A stretch of DNA of 64,000 nucleotides, taken from Gammaproteobacteria bacterium (GTDB lineage: Bacteria; Pseudomonadota; Gammaproteobacteria; Ga0077536). Below are positions 10,177 to 19,358 of this stretch, one piece after another (the stretch's first letter is position 1; each line of letters begins with the position of its first letter). The position numbers and the translations under genes were made by a program. Location: NCBI GenBank assembly GCA_043744805.1, contig JAYTTZ010000113.1:8082-72081 (forward strand), read 5' to 3'. Under the pieces are notes generated by a model. That model did not search any database. It was not told the origin of the DNA and worked only from the letters and a program-made list of their open reading frames with translations.

Positions 10177-10698
10177 ATGTCCACCGAAAAGACCTTCATT
10201 CCGCTCCGCATTTCGGTGCTGACCACCTCTGACAGCCGCACCGAAAATAACGACACTTCGGGCAAGGTGCTGGTCCAGCGCCTGCTCGACGCGGGCCACG
10301 AACTGCACGAGAAACGCATCGTGCCGGACGACATCTATCGCATCCGCGAAGTCCTTTCGCGCTGGATTGCCGAGCCCGCCTGCGCGGTCATCCTGACCAC
10401 GGGCGGCACCGGAGTGACGGGGCGCGATGGGACGCCGGAGGCCGCGCGCGTGCTGTTCGACAAGACCATCGATGGTTTTGGCGAAATGTTCCGGTTCCTT
10501 TCCTACGACCAGATCAAGACCTCCACACTACAGTCGCGTGCGCTTGCCGGCGTTGCCAACGGGACGTACGTCTTCTGCATGCCGGGATCACCCGGGGCTT
10601 GCGCGACCGGATGGGACGAACTCATCTCAGCCCAACTCGATCACCGCACGCGGCCCTGCAACCTCGTGGAATTGATGTCCCGGTTGATGGAGCGTTGA
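10177..10698 (+). CDS. moaB: Molybdenum cofactor biosynthesis protein B (MoaB/MogA family)
   Basis: Internal ATG at 10177 ([21 protein letters not shown]...). Motifs [11 protein letters not shown] and GSPGA. Confidence 0.85.
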   Translation: MSTEKTFIPLRISVLTTSDSRTENNDTSGKVLVQRLLDAGHELHEKRIVPDDIYRIREVLSRWIAEPACAVILTTGGTGVTGRDGTPEAARVLFDKTIDGFGEMFRFLSYDQIKTSTLQSRALAGVANGTYVFCMPGSPGACATGWDELISAQLDHRTRPCNLVELMSRLMER

Positions 10699-10746
10699 CG
10701 GTCCGCGTTAGGCAGGGTTCAGGTCAGGCAGCCTATACTGCTGCAC

Positions 10747-11139
10747 ATGCATAAATTGCTTACCGTCCTCGGCAGCCTGGGCTGCATGGTTGCGGTCATT
10801 GCGGGTGCCGTGGGAGCACACGCCTTGCACCTCGAACCAGGCTCGGCCCGCGCCCACAGCTATGACACCGCGGTCATCTACCTGCTGGTGCATGGTGCGA
10901 TGGTGACTTTGGGAGGCGGCCTGCCTGCGGCGTTTAATTCGCGGGTCTGGGAAACTTCCCGCGCGCTCATGGTCTTGGGAATGCTGCTCTTCAGCGGAGG
11001 CATCCTGGTGTCAACGGGGCTCGAACTGGCGAAGTCGCTGCCCGTTGTCCCCGCAGGGGGCCTGTCACTGATTGCCGGCTGGTTGCTGGCTACGGTGGCG
11101 GTATGCCGTTGGTCGAATAACTCAGGGGACAGGATTTAA
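10747..11139 (+). CDS. DUF423-family small membrane protein
   Basis: 130 aa with 4 predicted TM segments and a GAHAL motif near the N-terminus, as in YgdD-like DUF423 proteins. Confidence 0.65.
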   Translation: MHKLLTVLGSLGCMVAVIAGAVGAHALHLEPGSARAHSYDTAVIYLLVHGAMVTLGGGLPAAFNSRVWETSRALMVLGMLLFSGGILVSTGLELAKSLPVVPAGGLSLIAGWLLATVAVCRWSNNSGDRI

Positions 11140-12111
11140 ATGAGGCGGACCAGAGCTCTTGTGAGCGTTCTCGGCATGTGTATTGCGCTAGGCGCAAGCA
11201 ATGGGGCGTGGGCGAGGAAATATCCGCTCAATGGCGAAGTCATCGGCGAACTCGGGCTGACCACGACGGTACGGACCGACACGATTGCCGACATCGCGCG
11301 CGCCTATAGCCAGGGTTACAACGAGATGCGGCTGGCCAATCCGGCCGTCGATCCCTGGTTGGCCGGGGACGACACCGAAGTGGTGATTCCTAGCCAATAC
11401 GTGCTGCCGGATGCCCCGCGCGAAGGCGTCGTGATCAACATTCCCGAAATGCGCATGTACCACTACCTGCCTGCCGCCAAGGGCGCGCCTCGCGAGGTTG
11501 CGACCTATCCCATCAGTATTGGAAGGCAGGACTGGTCCTCGCCGCACGGCGTGACCAAGGTGATGAGCAAAGTGAAGGATCCGACCTGGACGCCACCGGC
11601 TTCAATCCGCAAGGAGCATGCGGCGCAGGGCGACATCCTGCCGGCAGTGGTCCCGGCAGGACCCAAGAATCCCCTTGGCGCCTTCGCACTGCGCCTCGGG
11701 TTCACGGGATACCTCATCCACGGCACCGACAAGCCGTTCGGTATCGGGATGCGCGTAACGCATGGCTGCATGCGGATGTACCCCAACGACATCGAGACTG
11801 TCTTCAAGACGGTGCCGGTGGGCACCCTGGTGCGTCTGGTCAACGAGCCTTTCAAACTCGGTCTGCTCAACGATCGCCTGATGCTTGAAGTGCACCCCGC
11901 ACTTGAGGAAGACGCGCCCAAGATCATGGGGCAGCAGTTCAACCAGGTGGTTGGCCTACTGTTGCCCTATGCGGGTAAGTACGCATTGAACGTGAACTGG
12001 ACGGCACTTCGCGCTGCCGTTTACCAGCGGACGGGGGTTCCCGTCGAAGTAGGCAGAGTGGTGGCCGGAATGCCTGCCGGTTCGGCTACGGCAGTGTCGG
12101 TAAATCGTTAG
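11140..12111 (+). CDS. L,D-transpeptidase (YkuD/ErfK/YbiS family) with an N-terminal LysM-like region
   Basis: Signal peptide present. The catalytic motif is HGTDKPFGIGMRVTHGCMRMYPNDIE. The start codon abuts the preceding stop (TAAATG). Confidence 0.85.
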   Translation: MRRTRALVSVLGMCIALGASNGAWARKYPLNGEVIGELGLTTTVRTDTIADIARAYSQGYNEMRLANPAVDPWLAGDDTEVVIPSQYVLPDAPREGVVINIPEMRMYHYLPAAKGAPREVATYPISIGRQDWSSPHGVTKVMSKVKDPTWTPPASIRKEHAAQGDILPAVVPAGPKNPLGAFALRLGFTGYLIHGTDKPFGIGMRVTHGCMRMYPNDIETVFKTVPVGTLVRLVNEPFKLGLLNDRLMLEVHPALEEDAPKIMGQQFNQVVGLLLPYAGKYALNVNWTALRAAVYQRTGVPVEVGRVVAGMPAGSATAVSVNR

Positions 12112-12169
12112 GCGGCCTTGCACAGAGCGGGGAACGCTTGGGAATTCTTAGCGAATGAGCAGGTCCCGG

Positions 12170-12199
12170 AAAAAAAGAACCCCGCACCAGGCGGGGTTC
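12170..12199 (-). terminator. Rho-independent terminator downstream of the Lpp/OprI-like gene
   Basis: On the minus strand: GAACCCCGC - CTGGT loop - GCGGGGTTC followed by T7. That is a perfect 9-bp GC-rich stem plus a U-tract, 24 nt after the stop. Confidence 0.8.
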
Positions 12200-12222
12200 C
12201 TTCTGCTCTAGGGCTGATGTGC

Positions 12223-12519
12223 TTACTTGCGCATCGCCTTTTCGAACAGGCTGTCGAGGCGGGACTTGTTGTCGGTGCAGCAAGCCTGCGCAGCGTCAGC
12301 AGCGGCCTGGGCGGCAGTAGCGGCTTCAGAAGCCTTGGAGGCAACCTTCATCGCTTCAGCAGCCTGGGAAGAGGCAGCGGAAGCCTTGGAGGAGGCTTCG
12401 GAGGCCTTGGCGTCAACAGCGGCGAGCTGCTCCCTGGTCACGTTGGAGCAGCCGGCAACCAGACCCAGAACGCTGGCCATCACAGCGGCGCGAACCGCGA
12501 AAGAAACGGATTTCTGCAT
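12223..12519 (-). CDS. Alanine-zipper outer-membrane lipoprotein (Lpp/OprI-like)
   Basis: Lipobox LVAGC after a signal peptide. The mature part is Ala/Ser/Lys-rich and coiled-coil-like. The C-terminus ...KAMRK ends in Lys, as in Lpp (YRK) and OprI (SRK). An AT-rich upstream region and a strong terminator flank it. Confidence 0.8.
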   Translation of the reverse strand: MQKSVSFAVRAAVMASVLGLVAGCSNVTREQLAAVDAKASEASSKASAASSQAAEAMKVASKASEAATAAQAAADAAQACCTDNKSRLDSLFEKAMRK

Positions 12520-12612
12520 GAGTATTCTCCTATCTGCTTAAACGAACATTCCTAGTGAGGAATTTATCAAACTTAACAAGCAAATGATGACCGAATTCAA
12601 TGTGCAGTGCAA

Positions 12613-13257
12613 TTAGCTGGAACGCCGTCGCAGCAGCTCAAGTAGACCCGTGTGATGAAGTCGACGCTGGAGGCCGACGATCATGCCCGCGGTTGCTCCC
12701 CAGATTCGGTAGTCATTGAACCAGATCTCGAAGTAGCGGCGGCGCTGTCCGCTAAATTCACGCTCGATTTCCCGATAGTTTTCGGGATTGAGCACAAAGG
12801 CCAGCGGGACATGGAAAGCTTCCGCCACTTCATGCTCCGCCAGTTGATAGCAATATCCGGGTGACAGCAGGCCAACGACGGGCACGACGCTGAACCCCGT
12901 GCCCGTGAGGTAGGGATCGAGGCTTCCGAGTAGCTGAACGTGATCCGGTGTGATGCCAAGCTCTTCCTCGGACTCCCGGAGCGCGGTGTGCCCGACGTCC
13001 CGGTCGCTTGCATCAACCCGGCCGCCTGGAAAGCTGATTTGTCCGGGATGGCTGTTCAGGTTCTGGTTGCGGACCGTCAGCAGCACCTCGACCCCGTTGG
13101 GCGCCAGCACGATGGGAACGAGCACGGCAGCCGGCCGCAGACCCGCTGAATCCTCGGCACCTGCTTCCTTCAATGGATGCTGGCCAATGCGGTCAACGAC
13201 GCTTGCCAGCGCTGCCGCGACACCCGGGTGAGTGTCCCTGTGGCCCGCTAAGGTCAT
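12613..13257 (-). CDS. NUDIX hydrolase, CoA pyrophosphatase type
   Basis: Nudix box GGRVDASDRDVGHTALRESEEELG, preceded by a LTVRNQNLNSHPGQISFPGG-type motif. ATG 13255-13257 overlaps the upstream stop as ATGA. Confidence 0.8.
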   Translation of the reverse strand: MTLAGHRDTHPGVAAALASVVDRIGQHPLKEAGAEDSAGLRPAAVLVPIVLAPNGVEVLLTVRNQNLNSHPGQISFPGGRVDASDRDVGHTALRESEEELGITPDHVQLLGSLDPYLTGTGFSVVPVVGLLSPGYCYQLAEHEVAEAFHVPLAFVLNPENYREIEREFSGQRRRYFEIWFNDYRIWGATAGMIVGLQRRLHHTGLLELLRRRSS

Positions 13258-13652
13258 CTTGCCAGAGGGACCCGACCCCAAGCCGGGCCGCCGTGCCCAG
13301 CGGTACGCGCTGCCTCTTTCAAAAGGGCGTTCAGGGCCTGGTCGAGGCTGTCCATGCGGTTTTGGGTGCAGTAGTCGAGCAATACCGAAAAATTATCCTT
13401 CATGCTGCGTTCGCCGGTCGAGCGGTGGGTCTCCGAGCTTGCCCTGTTGATGCCGGTGAGATACCCGGCGACGTAATGCTTGTAGTCGCCCAGACGCTGT
13501 TCCTCGGAAGCCTTGACGAACTGGTTGCAGGAACTTTGCCCAAGTCCCCAGATGGCATAGTTACCGGTGGCGTCCGCCGCTCTGGCGTCGTGGCCCGCCA
13601 GGGTGGCCAGCAGGTAGAGTCCGCCCAGGAGTGCCGTGCGCATCAGGTGCAT
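13254..13652 (-). CDS. Hypothetical exported protein (signal peptide, two Cys)
   Basis: N-terminal signal (LLGGLYLLATLAGHDARA). GC3-rich codons. I recognise no family. Confidence 0.5.
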   Translation of the reverse strand: MHLMRTALLGGLYLLATLAGHDARAADATGNYAIWGLGQSSCNQFVKASEEQRLGDYKHYVAGYLTGINRASSETHRSTGERSMKDNFSVLLDYCTQNRMDSLDQALNALLKEAARTAGHGGPAWGRVPLAR

Positions 13653-13691
13653 TGGGTTCTCGTGTTGGGGTGTGAGGTCAGGAAAACAGGA

Positions 13692-14270
13692 TCAGGCGAG
13701 GTTCAAGCTGCGCGGGCGTAACTTGAATTGCGCGCGGAGGAATTCCATCTGGTCCGCCAGGATGCGGCGATTGGACAGCGCCAGGAATTCCGCCCAATTG
13801 GGTACGAAGGGTACGGCCAGCAGAGGCATGCGTGCCTGCTCCGGGCGCCGACCGCCTTTGCGGGTATTACAGGAGCGGCAGGCAGCCACCACGTTGGACC
13901 AGACGTCTTGTCCGCCGCGCGAAATAGGTTCGATGTGGTCCCGTGTAAGCAGGCCTTCAGGGTACTGCGTGCCGCAATACATGCACATGTAACCGTCGCG
14001 ACGGAATAACTCGTGGTTATTGAGCGGTGGCACGGTGCGCTGGACCATGGCACCCCGGTTGCTACGCTTGACGGCGATGATGCTGTGGACGGTGATGCTG
14101 GAGCGCTCGCCTGTTTCGCGGGCAATACCGCCCCGGAAGACGAATTCGTTTTGGCCAGTGGTCCAGGCCACGAGGCCGCGGCTGTACAGACAGACTGCGT
14201 CTTCCCACGGCATCCAGCGGACCGGCGCACCGGAGATGTCGAGGCGGAGGATCAGCGGAGTCGCGGCCAT
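13692..14270 (-). CDS. HNH endonuclease family protein
   Basis: Internal ATG at 14268-14270. HNH motif CMYCG...TRDHIEPISRGG...NVVAACRSCNTRKG. Confidence 0.8.
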   Translation of the reverse strand: MAATPLILRLDISGAPVRWMPWEDAVCLYSRGLVAWTTGQNEFVFRGGIARETGERSSITVHSIIAVKRSNRGAMVQRTVPPLNNHELFRRDGYMCMYCGTQYPEGLLTRDHIEPISRGGQDVWSNVVAACRSCNTRKGGRRPEQARMPLLAVPFVPNWAEFLALSNRRILADQMEFLRAQFKLRPRSLNLA

Positions 14271-14366
14271 GGGAGCAGGGAACCTTTCTCTACGGCGTTC
14301 AGACGTGACCCTGCATTTTTCGCACAATCGGGGGCGTAATCAAGCCAGTCCCCGCTGACCTTCACT

Positions 14367-15164
14367 ATGGAGCAGGTTCATTACATGGATTCCCGTATCG
14401 AAGCCTTGCTGGAACTGGTGGCCCGCCTGCGCGATCCGCGCGAGGGGTGCCCCTGGGACCTTGCCCAGGACATGAAGTCCTTGACCCGCTACACGGTGGA
14501 AGAGATGTACGAGGTCGTCGACTGCATCGAGCGGGACGACCATGAGGCACTGCCCGGCGAGTTGGGGGACCTGCTCTTCCAGATCGTCTTCTACGCGCAG
14601 ATTGCCGCCGAGGATGGGCGCTTCAACTTCGGGGACATCGTCCGGCGGATTGTCGAAAAGCTGACCCGCCGCCATCCCCACGTTTTCGGTGATGAGCCAA
14701 GGCTCGACGCGGCGGCCCAGGCTGAGCGTTGGGAGCGGCTTAAATCCGCCGAGCGAAAGGGCAGACCCGACAGCCTCGTCGCTGACCTTCCCCTGGCGAT
14801 GCCCGCCCTGATGCGCGCTGCGAAACTGCAGGGCAGGGCGGCCCGGGTTGGCTTCGACTGGCCCGACGTGACCCCGGTGTTCAGCAAGATTGAAGAAGAA
14901 CTGGACGAATTGAAGGCCGCGCTGGGTGAAGGATCCGCAACTGCCGTGGCAGCAGAACTCGGCGACGTACTGTTTACCTGCGTCAACCTTGCCCGTCACC
15001 TCGGTGTTGAACCGGAGACCGCGCTGCGGGAAGCAAACCATCGCTTCGAATCCCGCTTCCGGCACATGGAAGCGGCAACGACGGCCAGCGGACGCCTGCT
15101 TGGGGATTGCGCGCCGAGCGAGCAGGAGACCCTTTGGCAGGCTGCAAAGCAAGCGCTCGAGTGA
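14367..15164 (+). CDS. mazG: Nucleoside triphosphate pyrophosphohydrolase MazG
   Basis: Two tandem MazG repeats (EEMYEVVDCIE, ELGDLLFQIVFYAQ and EELDELKAAL, ELGDVLFTCVNLARH). RRHPHVF motif. Confidence 0.9.
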   Translation: MEQVHYMDSRIEALLELVARLRDPREGCPWDLAQDMKSLTRYTVEEMYEVVDCIERDDHEALPGELGDLLFQIVFYAQIAAEDGRFNFGDIVRRIVEKLTRRHPHVFGDEPRLDAAAQAERWERLKSAERKGRPDSLVADLPLAMPALMRAAKLQGRAARVGFDWPDVTPVFSKIEEELDELKAALGEGSATAVAAELGDVLFTCVNLARHLGVEPETALREANHRFESRFRHMEAATTASGRLLGDCAPSEQETLWQAAKQALE

Positions 15165-15192
15165 GGTCGAACGCCCGCTTGGTGCAAGCAAA

Positions 15193-16023
15193 TCAGGACG
15201 GTTTGGTCTTGTCCTTGAAGATGAGTGCGTATGCCGAGTGGTTATGGATGGACTCGAAATTCTCCGATTCCACCGTGTAACTCAGCACGCGATCATCCGC
15301 GTTCAGCAGCAGCGCGGTCTCGCGGACCATGTCCTCGACGAAGCGCGGATTGTCGTAGGCGCGCTCGGTGACGTACTTCTCGTCCGGGCGCTTCAAGAGG
15401 CCGTAGAGCTCGCAGGACGCGACGCTTTCGACCATGTCGATGATTTCCTCGATCCAGATGAAGCCGCTCACCTTTGACTCTACCGTCACGTGCGAGCGTT
15501 GGTTGTGCGCGCCGTAGCTGGAAATCTTCTTCGAACACGGGCAGAGCGTGGTGACCGGCACGACCACTTTGACCGACATCGTCTCGACGCCGTGGTCGAT
15601 TTCGCCGATGAAGGTCACGACGTAATCAAGCAGGCTCTTCACGCCGCTGACCGGCGCAGCCTTCAACACGAAATAAGGGAAGGTCATCTCGATGCGGCCA
15701 GTCTTGGCCTCAAGCAGGGTGGTCATCTCGGACACCATGCTGCGGAAGTTGGGCACCGAGATTTCATAGTTATCGTAATCGTGGCCGTTCAGTACTTCCA
15801 CGAACCGCGACATATGGGTGCCCTTGAACTCATGCGGCAGGCCCACGTACATATTGAAGTTGGCGACAGTGTGCTGTTCCTTGCCGGCGCGATCCTTGAC
15901 CACGACCGGATGGCGGATGTCCTTGATGCCGACGCGATCGATGGCGATCTGCCGGGTGTCTTCACTGCCCTGTACGTCCGGGATCTGCTGGATATGGTTG
16001 AGATCGTTGGCGATGTCGTTCAT
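15193..16023 (-). CDS. folE2: GTP cyclohydrolase I type 2 (FolE2/MptA family)
   Basis: Internal ATG at 16021-16023 with an upstream GGAG. Motifs [10 protein letters not shown]-like ([12 protein letters not shown]), GTHMSRF and TLCPCSK. Confidence 0.85.
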   Translation of the reverse strand: MNDIANDLNHIQQIPDVQGSEDTRQIAIDRVGIKDIRHPVVVKDRAGKEQHTVANFNMYVGLPHEFKGTHMSRFVEVLNGHDYDNYEISVPNFRSMVSEMTTLLEAKTGRIEMTFPYFVLKAAPVSGVKSLLDYVVTFIGEIDHGVETMSVKVVVPVTTLCPCSKKISSYGAHNQRSHVTVESKVSGFIWIEEIIDMVESVASCELYGLLKRPDEKYVTERAYDNPRFVEDMVRETALLLNADDRVLSYTVESENFESIHNHSAYALIFKDKTKPS

Positions 16024-16125
16024 GGGAGCTCCTGTGGTGGCGGCCCCGCGTGGAGCTGCCTTAACTTCAATTATGGCCAATAAGCGCCCGAATGCACCCA
16101 GGCTGCCGACCTGGGCACCGAGGGG

Positions 16126-17016
16126 TCAGCGGTCGCGCTGGACGATGTAGCGGGCAAGCTCACGCAAGGTGTCCGCACGGGCATCAAGAATTGCCAGGGA
16201 GTCCAGTGCAGAATCGCACAGCCTCTGGGCCGTCGCTTTGGCTGCGTCCATGCCGAGCAGGTTGGGATAGGTCGGTTTGTCCCGGTCCTGATCCGACCCC
16301 TGTGGCTTGCCGATGACTTCCGTGTTTCCTTCTACGTCGAGGATGTCATCTTGGACCTGAAACGCGAGACCGACACTGCGCGCGTAGGTGTCGAGGCGTT
16401 GGGCCAGGCCCGAATCAGTCACACCAGCCGCCAGGAATCCTAGCCGGACGCTCGCGCTGATGAGGGCCCCCGTCTTGTGGAGGTGCATGTTCTCGAGTTC
16501 GGCCAGGCTGATTTTCTGGCCCACGGCGCCCAAATCGATCGCCTGCCCCCCGGCCATCCCGATCGAACCGCTGGCGTCCGCGAGGACTGCAATCATCTCG
16601 ATTCGCCGGGCAGGCTCCACGGTGCACGCCGGATCCGCCGCCAGCACCTTGAAGGCCAGGGCCTGGAGTGCATCGCCGGCGAGGATGGCAGTGGCCTCGT
16701 CGTATGCGCGGTGGCAGGTGGGGCGTCCGCGCCGCAGGTCGTCGTCGTCCATCGCCGGCAGGTCATCATGGATGAGTGAGTAGGCGTGGATGATTTCGAC
16801 GGCAGCGGCGCTGCCGTCGAGGCCGTCCAGCGCGGCGCCAAGTGCGCTTCCCGTGGCGTAGACCAGCACGGGACGCACACGCTTGCCTGGTCCGAGCGTC
16901 GCGTAACGCATGGCTTCATGCAGGCGCCCGGGCGGTAATGCAGCAGGCGGCAGCCAACGGTCCAGGGCGCTTTCGGCCCGTACCTGGAAGGTCTTCAGGG
17001 TCTCTTCAAAGGTCAT
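16126..17016 (-). CDS. ispA: (2E,6E)-farnesyl diphosphate synthase
   Basis: Aspartate-rich motifs LIHDDLPAMDDDDLRRG and FQVQDDILD. The ATG lies inside the 3' end of xseB (11-nt overlap). Confidence 0.9.
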   Translation of the reverse strand: MTFEETLKTFQVRAESALDRWLPPAALPPGRLHEAMRYATLGPGKRVRPVLVYATGSALGAALDGLDGSAAAVEIIHAYSLIHDDLPAMDDDDLRRGRPTCHRAYDEATAILAGDALQALAFKVLAADPACTVEPARRIEMIAVLADASGSIGMAGGQAIDLGAVGQKISLAELENMHLHKTGALISASVRLGFLAAGVTDSGLAQRLDTYARSVGLAFQVQDDILDVEGNTEVIGKPQGSDQDRDKPTYPNLLGMDAAKATAQRLCDSALDSLAILDARADTLRELARYIVQRDR

Positions 17017-17287
17017 CAAGTTCGTCCGCTTCCGTAGCTTCATCGGCATCGGGAGCCGTGCTGTCGGCGAACGGCGTCAGCTGCTCGACGCCGTCCACCC
17101 GGCTCAGTAACTGGATTTTCTGCTCTGCCTCGCGAAGTGCGCCCTGGCATTCACGTGCCAATGCGATGCCGCGCTCAAAAGTGGCCAGGGCGTCTTCGAG
17201 GCTCATCTCGCCGCGTTCCATCCGGACCACGAGTTGCTCGAGTTCCGCGAGGGCGGTTTCAAACTGCGGGGCAGTGCGTTTTTTCAC
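17006..17287 (-). CDS. xseB: Exodeoxyribonuclease VII small subunit
   Basis: FETALAELEQLVVRMERGEMSLEDALATFERGIALARECQ is the typical XseB core. It sits directly upstream of ispA, as in many proteobacteria. Confidence 0.85.
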   Translation of the reverse strand: MKKRTAPQFETALAELEQLVVRMERGEMSLEDALATFERGIALARECQGALREAEQKIQLLSRVDGVEQLTPFADSTAPDADEATEADELDDL

Positions 17288-17388
17288 GGCAATTGGGCAA
17301 TATCAGGTGGGCATTGGCGCAGGGTTGGGCACTGTAACGAGGCCATTGCGGCAGGGTCAATCGGGCGCCGATCGCGGCTTGCAATGCC

Positions 17389-17456
17389 GTTCAGGGGCCG
17401 TTTAGACTCAAACCAGATTTAGACTCAGTCTAAACCAAATAAAGCGGCCCCTGAAC
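17389..17456. promoter_or_regulatory. Nested palindromic element in the xseB / rubrerythrin divergent region (candidate operator)
   Basis: A perfect 12-bp outer inverted repeat: GTTCAGGGGCCG (17389-17400) and CGGCCCCTGAAC (17445-17456). It encloses an AT-rich core carrying the perfect palindrome TTTAGACT-C-AGTCTAAA (17418-17434) and an extra direct half-site TTTAGACTCA (17401-17410). Confidence 0.5.
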
Positions 17457-17492
17457 CGCGACCATCCAACCCCGATTCGAGAGGAAAGCACC

Positions 17493-17912
17493 ATGCCAGC
17501 TTTGAAAGGGACGAAGACCGAAGGCAACCTGAAGGCCGCCTTCGCCGGCGAGTCCCAGGCCAACCGCCGTTACCTGTATTTCGCACAGAAGGCCGATGTC
17601 GAAGGCTTCAACGATGTGTCCGCCGTGTTCCGTTCCACCGCCGAAGGTGAAACCGGCCACGCCCATGGCCACCTGGAATACCTCGAAGAAGTGGGTGACC
17701 CGGCGACCGGCGAGCCGATCGGTACGACCGCGCTGAACCTGAAGGCGTCCATCGCCGGTGAAACGCACGAATACAGCGATATGTATCCCGGCATGGCCAA
17801 GGCCGCGCGCGAAGAAGGCTTTGACGAAATCGCCGACTGGTTCGAAACCTTGGCCAAGGCCGAGCGTTCGCACGCCAATCGCTTCCAGAAGGCCCTGGAC
17901 ACCCTGGTCTGA
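17493..17912 (+). CDS. Rubrerythrin-family diiron protein (ferritin-like, no rubredoxin domain)
   Basis: [23 protein letters not shown], two E..H diiron motifs ([17 protein letters not shown]), and [24 protein letters not shown] upstream. Confidence 0.85.
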   Translation: MPALKGTKTEGNLKAAFAGESQANRRYLYFAQKADVEGFNDVSAVFRSTAEGETGHAHGHLEYLEEVGDPATGEPIGTTALNLKASIAGETHEYSDMYPGMAKAAREEGFDEIADWFETLAKAERSHANRFQKALDTLV

Positions 17913-17933
17913 TCGCCACTACAGGCGTTCGCG

Positions 17934-17964
17934 ACGAAGCCGGGTCCGCCCGGCTTCGTTTTTT
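17934..17964 (+). terminator. Rho-independent terminator after the rubrerythrin gene
   Basis: ACGAAGCCGGG - TCCG - CCCGGCTTCGT followed by TTTTTT, 22 nt after the stop. Confidence 0.8.
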
Positions 17965-18015
17965 CAACTTGAACCCCTGGCGCGCTGGACCGGGGCGCAC
18001 GAGAAGGAGGGCACG

Positions 18016-19356
18016 ATGGCAGCAGGAGAGTCGACGCGACGGGAAGGCAGCCTGGAAGCGCCCACCCGCCATCCGCTGGATTGGCGTTCGCCCGATTTTT
18101 ATAGCAAGGACTCGCTCTACCACGAGCTTGAGCGGGTATACGACATCTGCCACGGCTGCCGGCGCTGCGTCAGCCTGTGCAATGCCTTTCCCGTCCTGTT
18201 CGATCTGGTGGATGAGTCACCGACCCAGGAAGTGGACGGAGTGCAGAAGGAGGACTACTGGAAGGTCGTCGACCAGTGCTACCTCTGCGATCTCTGCTAC
18301 ATGACCAAATGCCCGTACGTGCCGCCGCACGAGTGGAACGTCGATTTCCCCCACCTCATGCTCCGGGCCAAGGCCGTCAAGTTCAAGGAGGGCGAGACCA
18401 GCCTTCGCGACAAGGTGCTTACCTCCACGGACATGGTCGGCAAGCTTGCCGGGATCCCGGTCGTCGCCCAGGTGGTCAACGCGGTGAATACGGTCAAGCC
18501 GCTCCGCCAGTTGATGGAGAAGGTTGCCGGTATCCATGCCGAGGCCCCACTGCCCCGCTTCGAGAGCAATACCGCCCGGATGCGGCTCGACAAACCCGCG
18601 GCGTCGGCACGGGCCGAGCCCACCGCCGAAACCACTGGCAAGGTTGCGGTCTTCCTCACCTGCTACGGCAACCGCAACGCGCCTGCCGTGGTGGAAGACA
18701 TGGTCGCGGTGTTCCGCCACAACGACCTCGAAGTCCGCATCACGGGCAGCGAAGTCTGCTGCGGCATGCCCAAGCTGGAACTGGGCGACCTTGAAACGGT
18801 GGACAAGCACCGCGAAGCCAATATCGCGGCGCTGCTGCCGCTGGTGGAGCAGGGCTACGACCTCATCGCCCCCATCCCGAGTTGCGTGCTGATGTTCAAG
18901 CAGGAACTTCCGCTGATGTTCCCCGAGGACGAGCGCCTGGCACGCATCAGGAAGGCGTTCTTCGATCCTTTCGAGTACCTCATGCTCCGCCACAAGGCCG
19001 GTAAGCTACGGACGGATTTCGCCGCGGCACTGGGCAAGATCGCTCACCACGTGCCCTGCCACCAGCGTGTGCAGAACATTGGACTCAAGACCAAGGAAGT
19101 GCTGGAACTCGCGCCGGGCACCACCGTCACGTCGATCGAACGCTGCTCGGGCCACGACGGGACCTATGCCGTAAAGGCGGAGAACTACGGGTTTGCCAAG
19201 AAGATCTGCAAGCCGGTGGTCACGCGTATCGCTGAAGGTGGCTTCGACCACTACCTGAGCGACTGCCCGATGGCGGGTGAGCTCATCCAACAGGGCGTCG
19301 CCACCAGCGAAGCCACCTCCGCATTCACCCTGCTTAGGCAAGCCTACGGAATCTGA
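18016..19356 (+). CDS. (Fe-S)-binding oxidoreductase, HdrD/GlpC-like with CCG domains
   Basis: ATG at 18016 preceded by GAAGGAGG. Ferredoxin-type motifs [11 protein letters not shown] and [13 protein letters not shown]. Cys-rich CCG-type motifs (EVCCGMP, PIPSCV, CSGHDG, SDCPMAG). Confidence 0.8.
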   Translation: MAAGESTRREGSLEAPTRHPLDWRSPDFYSKDSLYHELERVYDICHGCRRCVSLCNAFPVLFDLVDESPTQEVDGVQKEDYWKVVDQCYLCDLCYMTKCPYVPPHEWNVDFPHLMLRAKAVKFKEGETSLRDKVLTSTDMVGKLAGIPVVAQVVNAVNTVKPLRQLMEKVAGIHAEAPLPRFESNTARMRLDKPAASARAEPTAETTGKVAVFLTCYGNRNAPAVVEDMVAVFRHNDLEVRITGSEVCCGMPKLELGDLETVDKHREANIAALLPLVEQGYDLIAPIPSCVLMFKQELPLMFPEDERLARIRKAFFDPFEYLMLRHKAGKLRTDFAAALGKIAHHVPCHQRVQNIGLKTKEVLELAPGTTVTSIERCSGHDGTYAVKAENYGFAKKICKPVVTRIAEGGFDHYLSDCPMAGELIQQGVATSEATSAFTLLRQAYGI

Positions 19357-19358
19357 CC

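Noticed and set aside
13692-14270. The HNH endonuclease as part of a defence or mobile element.
   Set aside because: It is a single gene between housekeeping genes (NUDIX, mazG). It has no methylase, ATPase, integrase or repeats, and its GC and codon usage look native. This matches a widespread stand-alone HNH protein.
16024-16125. A Zur box or riboswitch upstream of folE2, and a terminator after ispA.
   Set aside because: No AT-rich palindrome of Zur type is present. The CCCAGG...CCTGGG hairpin has only a 6-bp stem and no U-tract.
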